NCBI RefSeq assembly: GCF_001194135.2
Contig: NC_068993.1
Coordinates: forward strand, 8,640,405-8,680,277
DNA from: Octopus bimaculoides
Lineage: Eukaryota
Direction: 5' to 3'
Length of the DNA: 39,873 bases
Each line of letters starts with the position of its first letter. Position 1 is the first letter of the stretch. Under the pieces are notes generated by a model. It did not search any database and was not told the DNA's origin. It was given only the letters and a program-made list of their open reading frames with translations. Below are positions 23,653-34,113 of this stretch, piece after piece. The position numbers and the translations under genes are program-made.

Positions 23653-24224
23653 GTGTGTGTGTATATATATCTATATGTATGTGTGTGTGTATACATGCAC
23701 ACACATATGTCTTCCAATTCTTATACGCGCAAATATTTTTTTGTCTGTGTTGGTGAGATAGGAGAGAGAGAGAGAGAGAGATACTTATTAACAGGCAGAC
23801 ACATCTGTGATATGAATTATATATGCATGCGTGTGTATACACACATACACTCACACATTAGCATCTCATCAGGTAGATCAATAAGATACAGACAAATAGG
23901 TGGATTGATAAATGCTGGTTGGATTGATGCATTTAAATGGAATGATTCTCTTCTACAAAGGAATATCTACATGTGTGTGTGTGTGTGTAAATGGTTGAAA
24001 GAAAAGCCTTAATGGCTTGCTATGAAGATTGGATTGGAGTCTGCTGAATTAGTTTTGACTTAACACTGGATCAATATGGTAGGTAGAGGAACAGCTAAGA
24101 GGAGGAAGGAAGGAGAAAGACAGACGCAGAGAGAAAGAGAGAGAGAGAGAAATATGGAGAGAACTGGAGAGTAAGACAAAAAATGTAACTTCACACACTC
24201 ACATATCTATATCTATTTATCTAT

Positions 24225-24305
<81 letters not shown>

Positions 24306-24562
24306 AATATATGTACACACACACACACACACACACACACCCATGAATGGCTATATATGTTTGTGTTTGTACTTATATTAGCTGGAAGCTGTTTGTACTA
24401 TATATATGTGCATGTGTGTGTGTGTTTGTGTGTGTATTGTTTGTTTTTGGTTGAATTATAATAAAAACTAATTTACATTAAACTAATTTACATTAAACTG
24501 AAGGGTTGGTTGCTGAATACATTTGTAGATACATACATATTTTGCCTTTAGAAGAAGTCTGG

Positions 24563-24648
24563 TGACAGTGATTTCAAAGTCCCGCCTTGCTGGCCTTCAT
24601 CAGACAGTTCAATGAAGGCTAGCAACTGAAGCTTAGGAGTCACTGTCA
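24563..24648 (+). ncRNA. Candidate pri-miRNA-like hairpin
   Basis: Hand-folded: 13-bp outer helix, 14-bp inner helix, 11-nt loop, about 37-nt arms, five G:U pairs on the + strand. Confidence 0.3.
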
Positions 24649-24764
24649 ACACTTTTTAAATAAAAGTATAATAAATGTATGTGTGTGTGTGTATGGGTAT
24701 GTGCCCCTGCAAGTTGGTGGCACCCCAGTATTACTTGATGTCAAGACAAGGGTACACATATATG

Positions 24765-25037
24765 TACAAGGGTTGGACAAAATAATGGAAACACTTTAAA
24801 ATTTCAAACAAATTTATTTTAATATGGGGTAGGACCACCTTTGGCAGTAATTACAGCTTGAATTCTATGAGGTATGGACTTGTACAAAGTTTGAATTGCT
24901 TCCAAAGGAATTTTTGTCCATTCTTCAGCTAAAATAGTCTCCAGCTCTTGTAGTGATGATGGTGGAGGATATCGACTCCTTACTTGTTTTTCTAAAATGC
25001 ACCATAAATGTTCGATGATATTGAGATCTGGGGACTG
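24765..25037 (-). mobile_element. Tc1-family DNA transposon 3' end (truncated transposase and TIR)
   Basis: Minus frame QSPDLNIIEHLWCILEKQV...LQELETILAEEWTKIP...SIPHRIQAVITAKGGPTPY* (stop 24819-24821) contains the SPDLNxIE catalytic-Glu motif of Tc1; TA plus TIR CAAGGGTTGGACAAAATAATGGAAACAC at 24765-24794. Confidence 0.92.
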
Positions 25038-25054
25038 TCCATTGTCCATGTCAG

Positions 25055-25251
25055 CATGGACAATGGACATTAAATGATAATGATGATATGGTGGTTGGCG
25101 TTAGGAAGGGCATCCAGCTGTAGAAACTCTGCCAAATCAGACTGGAGCCTGGTGTTGCCATCCGGTTTCACCAGTCCTCAGTCAAATCGTCCAACCCATG
25201 CTAGCATGGAAAGCGGACGTTAAACGATGATGATGATGATGATGATGATGA
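25055..25251 (+). mobile_element. Family B: very short 3' stub (25055-25088) followed by a young copy (25090-25251)
   Basis: catggacaatggacattaaatgataatgatgat, then tggttggcgttaggaagggcatcc...gttaaac(gat)n. Confidence 0.88.
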
Positions 25252-25963
25252 TATATATAAAGGACAGAATGGACTAAACAGAGCAGGAGCATAGAGGAGG
25301 ATGGAAAGTGTCGCTGAAGAGGTCACACATGTGTGATGGTAGATTTCCAGATAAATGAGTGAAGAATCAATATGTAATGCATGTTTTTATTTGGCAAAAA
25401 AGAAAAAAAAATTACCATCCTGAAACAACAATATATACATGCATGTATATATACATACATACACACATGCACTCACACACACACACACACACACACAAGC
25501 TTCCACGTAGTTTTTTCTCAACCAAATCTCACTCACAAGGTTAACCCGAGGTTATAGACGAAAACATTGTTGTTTGGTCTTCAAAAAATGTGGGACACTT
25601 TGTATATTGTTATCATAGATGTCCAAAGAACGGCGTAAAGGTTACAGCCGGAATGCTTTTGACTACAACTTGTGCTTTTCAAACAAGGCTCAATCGGTGC
25701 TAATCAATGAAAACAATTACTACTATTACTACTACTACTACTAATAATAATAATAATAGCAACAGTAATATCACCACCACCACCACTACTAATATTATTG
25801 TTGCTGCTCTTTCAAAGTTTTCTTTGATCTGTAATCACTGTGGACAGCTTCCACAACCAGTCCCTGTTCCTTCTTCAATACGCTTTCCATTTGCATTATC
25901 TCTCTATGTAAAAGTCTGTAATATTTGTTTTGTTTGTTGCTTTTGTCATACAATAAGAATGCT

Positions 25964-25994
<31 letters not shown>

Positions 25995-26911
25995 TATATA
26001 CTTTTATGTGTATGTATGCATAAATGTATACATACATGCATGCACACATGACTTTGTACTAAATGAATCTGGTGATAAAGTAGACTTGACAATCTTTGTT
26101 CCAGTATCGTATTTTAGAAGCTGATACTTTAAGACAGATAGGTTAGGACATATAAAGATAGAGCTTGCTTTACTAACTGACCACAGATCTATCTATTGAC
26201 AGTTACATTCCTCCTCTCTTTCTCTATTACTTAATCACTCTTAACTCTACCATCAACATAGCTCTCTCTATATATATCTTAGCTAATATGCCTCTGATGG
26301 TATCTTAATTCCATGCACATTCTAATTCTTTGTCCCATACTCCAATAAAACCCTATCATCTTTAACATCTACTGCAGTATTACTATAGTAAGTTTATAAT
26401 AGCACAGTTATCTCCCCTGCTGAACATTTGTTGATGACATGAGTGACCAGTAGTTTTCTGAATTACTTGAACTTTCATGTAAAGCTTTACATCTCACGTG
26501 TGCACACGCACACACATATGCATAATCATGTGTACTTAATCTTGTTTTTTCCCAGATCATCTGTTGTTGTTTAGCCCCAGGTCAGCTCCAGTTGAAGAGA
26601 CCTATGATGAGAGGCATACCAGCTGTAATATGTCCTTTTCTTTCTTTGTTTTCTTTTTCTTTTTTCTTTTCTTTTTCATTTCAAATTGCTGTGCAGAATC
26701 AAATTTATATTTATCTACTCATTCTTTCTATTGTCTAGTTTTCATAGAAAGAGAGAGAAAGAGGGAAGAGGTGGTGGTGGTGGTGGTGGTAGTAGTATTA
26801 GGGAGTCTATTATTGTTTTTTAATCCCAAATCTTCACTGATCCACCAAGAGATCAGACACACTCCAGCTGTGACCATGCTGGTTTCTTTTCTTTTTTTTT
26901 TGTGTTTACAA

Positions 26912-27213
26912 AGGCGCAATGGCCCAGTGGTTAGGGCAGTGGACTCACGGTCATAGTGATCGTGGTTTCGATTCCCAGACCGGGCGTTGTGAGTGTTTAT
27001 TGAGCGAAAACACCCAAAGCTCCACGAGGCTCCGGCTGGAGATGGTGGCGAACCCTGCTGTACTCTTTCACCACAACTTTCTCTCACTCTTACTTCCTGT
27101 TTCTGTTGTGCCTGTATTTCAAAGGGTCAGCCTTGTCACACACTGTGTCATGCTGAATATCCCTGAGAACTACGTTAAGGATACACGTGTCTGTGGAGTG
27201 CTCAGCCATTTGC
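26912..27213 (+). mobile_element. SINE with a family C head and a different 3' body
   Basis: aggcgcaaTGGCCCAGTGG...GGTTTCGATTCCC; matches family C to cttcctgtttct (about 27103), then diverges; ends at a gap. Confidence 0.85.
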
Positions 27214-27406
27214 NNNNNNNNNNNNNNNNNNNNNNNNNNNNNNNNNNNNNNNNNNNNNNNNNNNNNNNNNNNNNNNNNNNNNNNNNNNNNNNNNNNNNNN
27301 NNNNNNNNNNNNNNNNNNNNNNNNNNNNNNNNNNNNNNNNNNNNNNNNNNNNNNNNNNNNNNNNNNNNNNNNNNNNNNNNNNNNNNNNNNNNNNNNNNNN
27401 NNNNNN

Positions 27407-27682
27407 GGATTTGGTAGACGGAAACTGAAAGAAGCCCGTTGTATATATGTATATATATGTATGTGTGTGTATATGGTTGTGTGTCTGTGTTTGTCCCCCC
27501 AGCATCGCTTGACAACCGATGGTGGTGTGTTTACGTCACCGTAACTTAGCGGTTTGGCAAAAAGAGACCGATAGAACAAGTACTAGGCTTCCAAAAAGAA
27601 TAAGTCCTGGGAGTCGATTTGCTCGACTAAAGGCGGTGCTCCAGCATGGCCACAGTCAAATGACTGAAACAAGTAAAAGAGA
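27407..27682 (+). mobile_element. SINE family A, 3' portion (5' end in gap)
   Basis: ggatttggtagacggaaactgaaagaagcccg...gactgaaacaagtaaaagag. Confidence 0.9.
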
Positions 27683-28230
27683 AAACTAGTTCTTTCTCTC
27701 TCTCTCTCTCTCTCTCCTTCTTTCTCTTTGCCCTCCCTCTTTCCTTCTCTCTCTGCCACCCCTCGCTTTCTCTCTGTCTCCCTTGTACCGTGCCATGTAA
27801 AGCATAAGTTGGCAAGCATGGACTTCTGTGCTAAAGTCATGATTTCTTTAAGGAAACAGCATTGCTTTCCATTCTCCTTCTGCTGGTTTATTTACCGATC
27901 ACTCTGCTAGTCTCCTGCTCTCCCGCCAAGCTTACCTTTGGGTTAAACTCTGTCTGTATCTCCCAATCTAAACCAATATATCATGGTTGTTATCTCATTC
28001 TTCCACACCCATGCATTGCTTTGATTCCTCACAACCTAGCAGTTCAGCAAAAGAGACTGATAGAATAAGTACCAGGCTTTAAAAAAAAACAAAAATAAAA
28101 AACATTACTGGGGTTGATTTATTCAACTTAAAATTCTTCAAAGCATCTATCATCATCACCATCATCATCTCCACCATCATCGGCAACATCATTACAATTA
28201 TTCTTTCTTCATATTTGTCATCATCATCAT

Positions 28231-28289
<59 letters not shown>

Positions 28290-28475
28290 CCATCACCATC
28301 ACCATCACCATCACCATCATCATCATCACCATCATCATCACCACCNNNNNNNNNNNNNNNNNNNNNNNNNNNNNNNNNNNNNNNNNNNNNNNNNNNNNNN
28401 NNNNNNNNNNNNNNNNNNNNNNNNNNNNNNNNNNNNNNNNNNNACCACCACCACCACCACCACCACCACCATACA

Positions 28476-28666
28476 AGCGAGGCTGTTCATTTCCAGTCGC
28501 CTGTGAAATCATATCCAGCTACGGGAAAATATTACCTGTTTATGGAAACAGGTGAGGGCTGGTGACAGAAAGGGCATCCAGCCATAAAAAAACCCTGCCT
28601 CGACAAATTCCATCTGACCCATGCAAGCATGGAAAAGAGGATGTTAAAACAAATGATAATGATGAT
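28476..28666 (+). mobile_element. Family B2 retroposon
   Basis: ggaaacaggtgagggctggtgacagaaagggcatccagcc...cccatgcaagcatggaaaagaggatgttaaa...gatgat. Confidence 0.7.
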
Positions 28667-28916
28667 CTCTTAAAGTGTGGGCACACCGAGTACTTGTCTA
28701 GGGTTCTCACTAATTGAAGGACCCGGTGTTTTTTTTTTTATGTATGTTGTATTTATGTACAAAGGAGGCTCATTTTCCCTACATGCACAAAAAAAACATC
28801 CATAGATTATTGGCAAAGGTTTAGAATACACACACCACCCGTTTTCCGCATTTGGGGTTAGGGCTAGGGTTACACCAAAAATGGATGATATGCATATTCT
28901 TTGGGGTTGCAGCAGT

Positions 28917-29143
28917 GTGTTTGTGGCTTAGTGGTTAAGGTATTGGACTCATGATAGTAGGATTGTGGTTTCAATTCCTGGACCAGGCAATGCTTCTTTA
29001 ACAAAACATTTCATGTCTCTCCAGACCACTCAGTTGACAAAAATGAGTAGTCCTACGACAGACTGGCATCCCATCCCGGGGGGAAATATATGCACCACAG
29101 CAACTGGGAATTTAGCCCCATGAATCTACTTGACTCGGGAAGG
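28917..29143 (+). mobile_element. tRNA-derived SINE, diverged
   Basis: gTGGCTTAGTGGttaagg...GGTTTCAATTCCtggacc; 3' module gactggcatcccatcccgggggg shared with family C. Confidence 0.7.
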
Positions 29144-29761
29144 CTGGTTGGAGCATGACTATAATACTGTGGTGACTACTGCTACGACCCCCTACATTTT
29201 CCCCTCTCATAGTTCGAGTCTCACTCAATACCCCAGCTCCACTCCACTTGACCTTACTCCATCTCACTTCATTTTACTTCCTGCACAGCAACAAGCCAGT
29301 CAGTCAACGTTACAAGCCAGCCATTTTATTCGTTTGTTCGTCTGCGGAGATAACATCCCTATCACCTCTCTCTGCTACTAGCTCTCCCTTTTGTACTTAT
29401 TAATACTAAGTCAACTATCTCCTAAAACCAATTATCATAGTGAAAGTGGGAAGGGGTGGGGGGAGAAAGGGGAAAGTAGGAGGATGAGAGTGATGATGAT
29501 GATGATGATGACGAGTTATAGATAAGTAGTGATATATAAATAGAAATATTGAGATACAGCGAAAAATCTGCATTCTTTATCAATCTATTGCTAGCCAGTA
29601 ATAGTAGTAATAGTGGTGGTGCTAGTGGCGGCAGTGATGGCGGCGGCGGTGGTGGTTATCTTAATACTTTTAAGTAAAAAGCTCTAGTGATGGTGATGAT
29701 GATGATGATTATGATGGTGTTTGGTATTGATGTTTGAAGGTGATTATAATGTATTAGCAGC

Positions 29762-29852
<91 letters not shown>

Positions 29853-30100
29853 TTACACTGGTGGTGGTGGTGGTGGTGGCAGCGGTGATTAGTTACAGTC
29901 TATTACCAAGCTTATTTTTGAGTGTATGCGCATGTGTGTGTTTATGTATATATTTATATATATATATATGTGTGTGTGTGTGTATTGTCTCTGATGTGTA
30001 TGTGTGTTGGTATAAGTTGTATATTAATGTATATGTTTGAATGTGCGTATGTATATATGTATGAATTATCTGTTAAGGAATCTCTCTCATATTCTGTGTG

Positions 30101-30137
<37 letters not shown>

Positions 30138-31087
30138 ATAAATATAATTGTTCATTGTTGGTAATGTGGTTGCATAGAACCACTTAAAGCGTATTAGTTT
30201 TAAACATTTATTTTCACTATTTTCTGATAGTGAACCATCTTTAAGGACCATCGTCATCATCATCATCATCACCATCATCATCACTGTCGCCATCGTCATC
30301 ATTATCATCATCATCATCATCACTACCACCCTCGTTATCTGCATCATCATCACCAGACTTACCATTAAAACCACCACCACCACCATCATATTACATATTA
30401 ACATGGATCAGGGTTAGTTCACATGACTCCCTCTCTTTTTAACTGTCTTTTCTTTGCTCTCATCCCTCCCTCCCTCCCNNNNNNNNNNNNNNNNNNNNNN
30501 NNNNNNNNNNNNNNNNNNNNNNNNNNNNNNNNNNNNNNNNTCCCCTTCCTCTCCCTCATTCATGGAAAGCAATAAACAAAAACCAAGTTATAACGTTTTA
30601 GTTTATCTTATCTTCTAGATGGTCAGAAAAGGATGGTCAACACTTACCATGGCATTTTTATAGGCTTTTTTCTTTTTTCTTTATTTTTCTGACACTGAAA
30701 GCCATGAGGAAGAATATATATTGTGACTCTTGGACCAAGACTCTCTGATTTGAGGATAATCCAAGAAAATTCACTACAGAATAGACTATGGTTAAAACAA
30801 CATTCAACAGTGCAATGGTGGCAGCAGTGGTGGTTATGGTAGTGGTGGCGGTAGCAGCAATGGCATGTTGCTAAGGACTACCACCTATCTATCTCTGTCT
30901 CTCTTGATAGCATTTCTTCTGACTTCAAATGCCTTGAGATCAGCTTTGCCTCACATCTATTTGGAGGTCAATAAAATAAGATACCAGTTAAACACTTGGG
31001 GGTAGTGGAGGTCGATGTAATCAATTTGTTTCTCTTCCACAAATCACAGGTAGAAGGAATTATTGTTGTTGTTATTATTATTATTAT

Positions 31088-31298
31088 TACTTTCTTTTAC
31101 TTGTTTCAGTCATTTGACTGTGGCCATGCTGGAGCACCGCCTTTAGTCAAGCATATCGACCCCAGGACTTATTCTTTGTAAGCCTAGTACTTATTCTATC
31201 AGTCTCTCTGCCGAGCCGCTAAGTTACGAGGACGTAAACACACCAATATCGGTTGTCAAGCGATGTTGGAGGGGACAAATTCAGACACACAAACATAT

Positions 31299-31336
<38 letters not shown>

Positions 31337-31688
31337 TACACTCTCTGAGTGGTTGGCGTTAGGAAGGGCATCCAGCTGTAGAAACTCTCCCAAATTAGAT
31401 TGGAGCCTGGTGTAGCCATCCGGTTGCACCAGTCCTCAGTCAAATCATCCAACCCATGCTAGCATGGAAAGCGGACGTTAAACGATGATGATGATGATGA
31501 TATATATATATATATACATATATACGACAGGCTTCTTTCAGTTTCCATCTACCAAATCCACTCACAAGGCTTTGGTTGGCCTGAGGCTAGAGTAGAAGAC
31601 ACTTGCCCAAGATGCCTCGCAGTGGGACTGAACCCAGTACCATGTGGTTGGTAAGAAAGCTACTTACCACACTGCCACTCCTACACCT
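31088..31688 (-). mobile_element. SINE family A, full length, interrupted by family B
   Basis: Tail at 31088, head ...accacactgccactcctacacct at 31688; the B element sits in the (TA)n spacer. Confidence 0.9.
31336..31500 (+). mobile_element. Family B young copy nested in SINE-A
   Basis: (TA)n on both sides; near-identical to the 23431 and 25090 copies. Confidence 0.9.
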
Positions 31689-31980
31689 ATTATTATTATT
31701 ATTATTATTATTGGCAGAAGCCATGAGAGTATTGACTGCTCTTTCCAGTGAATGTATCATTAAAACAATATTTAAAAGAAGGAGAAAAGGAAGAAAAAAA
31801 CAATAAACTTAACAGGTAGTTAATTAATCGATAATATATCAAAGTAGATTAATTCACACAAATGAGCCTTCGAAATGTCTATGATAATTTATTAACAAGG
31901 TTAACATTTTTCAAATTATTAATCTCAAAGGATTGGAAATGAAAAACTTTGCTTTTTTTTTGCTTTTGCAATATTGATAT

Positions 31981-32245
31981 CTATTCAGTTTGAGTTTTGA
32001 TTGTCATGCGTGTGATTATTGTCATCAGGTGTCTTTTGTCATCAAATGTTTCATAATAGTTATCAGGTGTCTCATAATCTTCAACAGGTATCTTCTTATC
32101 CCCATCAGGTATGTCCTTAACATCATTGAGTGTCGCTTTGTTGTCATCATTAAATATTTCATAATTTTTATCAGATGACTTGTTGACATCATCTGGCGTC
32201 TGTCTCCTTCATCAGCAGGTGTCTCCTTGTCATCATCTAGTGTCC
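31981..32245 (-). pseudogene. Decayed 21-bp (7-codon, PDDDKET-like) acidic coding-type repeat
   Basis: Minus frame TPDDVNKSSDKNYEIFNDDNKATLNDVKDIPDGDKKIPVEDYETPDNYYETFDDK, with frameshifts at both flanks. Confidence 0.35.
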
Positions 32246-32320
32246 ATTAAGTGTTGCAAAATGTCTCATGAGATATGTCATAAAATTACTACAAATGTAA
32301 GGGTCACAAAGCATCAGGAG

Positions 32321-32725
32321 CTATAATTACAAGCCATTTAGGGGTCATAAAACTGCAAGGATCTATCCTCTAACCAGCCTTCAAAATAAAGCGAGATACC
32401 TATAATAACAAGCCATTTATGGGTCATAAAACAGCAGGGATCTATCATCTAACCAGCTTTCAAGCTAAGGTGAAATAACTATAATTACAACAGGTTTAGG
32501 GGGTCATAAAACTGCAAGGATCTATTATCTAACTAGCCTTCAAACTAAGGTGAAGTACCTGTAATTACAAGCCATTTAGAGGTCATAAAACAGCAGGGAT
32601 CTATCATCTACATATCCTTGAAACTAAGGTGAAATAACTATAATTAAAAGCTTTTTAGGGGCCATAAAACAGCAAAGATTTATCATCTACACATCCTTCA
32701 AATTAAGGTGGACTGTAGCTATAAT
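32321..32725. repeat. 79-bp satellite, 5 units
   Basis: Units start at 32321, 32400, 32479, 32559 and 32638; core CTATAATTACAAGCCATTTAGGGGTCATAAAAC(T/A)GCA(A/G)GGATCTAT. Confidence 0.92.
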
Positions 32726-33111
32726 CACACACAGCTGTCAAACCAATTAAGAAACTTTTATACAGGTGTTTGACCTGCTGAATACAACAGCCAGTTCTGT
32801 CTCACTCACACTGCCACTTTTTTAAGCTCCCAAAATCAACCCTACCTAAGACTGACTCTATTAAACTGTTCAAAATGTAAATTACAGATCTTAGACTGAA
32901 GTCTCATAATCACATGAAAGATCGTAAATTCACATTGACAAATATTTATCTCATAGAAGAAGTAAGTTGTGAGTTATTTCACTAATCTTCTCATTGTTCT
33001 TGATGGTTTTGAAAATTTAAATGGAATGCTTATATATCCTTAGAAATATTGTCACAAACGAGTGAGACAAGGAAGTATTCATTTGTTGTGTGTGTCTATA
33101 CGTTTTGTATG

Positions 33112-33153
<42 letters not shown>

Positions 33154-33173
33154 GTATATACATACATAGCCAG

Positions 33174-33545
33174 AGGTATGGCTGTGTGGTTAAGAAGCTT
33201 GCTTTCAAACCACATGGTTCCGGGTTCAGTCCCACGGTGTGGCACTTTGGGCAAGTGTCTTCTATTATAGCCTCAAGCTGAACAAAGACTTGTGAGTAGA
33301 TTTGGTAGATGGAAACTGAAAGAAGCCCATCGTGTATATATATGCATATGTATATATCTATGTGTCTGTGTTTGTCCTCCCATCACTGCTTGACAACCGG
33401 TGTTGGTGTGTTTATGTCCCTGTAACTTAGCGGTTTCAACGAAAGGGACCGATAGAATAAGTACTAGGCTTTAAAAAAAAAAAAGCCCTGTTTCACTAAA
33501 ACCCTTTGAGCTGGTGCTCCAGCATGGCCTCAGCCAAATTACTAA
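33174..33545 (+). mobile_element. SINE family A variant, near full length
   Basis: atggctgtgtggttaagaagc...GGTTCAGTCCC...ggtgctccagcatggcc. Confidence 0.87.
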
Positions 33546-33609
33546 AGAACACACACACATATGTGAGTGTGTATGTATGTTTATAAATGTGTATATAGCT
33601 GTATGTATA

Positions 33610-33667
<58 letters not shown>

Positions 33668-33822
33668 TATATATATACACATATATATGTACATATATAT
33701 ATATACAGCATAGGCTCCAAACCTCCAACATTCTTCCATTTTTCTTGAGTGTCTAATATACCTTGTTTGTTGTTCTCTCACCTGTCTATTTTTTGTTTTT
33801 GTTCTTTTTTGTACAATTCTGA

Positions 33823-33854
<32 letters not shown>

Positions 33855-34113
33855 AGTAATCCTAGATATTTTAAAAATGTGGCAGGATGGCCACAGCTGG
33901 AATCCTTTTAATTATGGGCTTCCTAAATCTGAGCTAACCTGGGGCTATCCAACAACAACAACATCTAAACAGATGTCATCAAAACATAGGTGTTGTTGTT
34001 GTTGTTGTTGTTGCTTGGGGACAACATTTAAGACACTACAAAACATCTGCTCTTTTTCATTCACACTTCCTTTTATTATTTTGTTTTTGTTTTCCTAACC
34101 CTAACCCTAATCC

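Noticed and set aside
27934-27965. Minus-strand donor AAG|GTAAGC with peptide WEIQTEFNPK
   Set aside because: The acceptor is weak and the phase is incompatible with the neighbouring candidate exon at 30648.
29448-29472. G-quadruplex motif GGG-AA-GGGG-T-GGGGGG-AGAAA-GGGG
   Set aside because: The pattern match is real, but it is isolated in low-complexity purine-rich sequence with no functional context.
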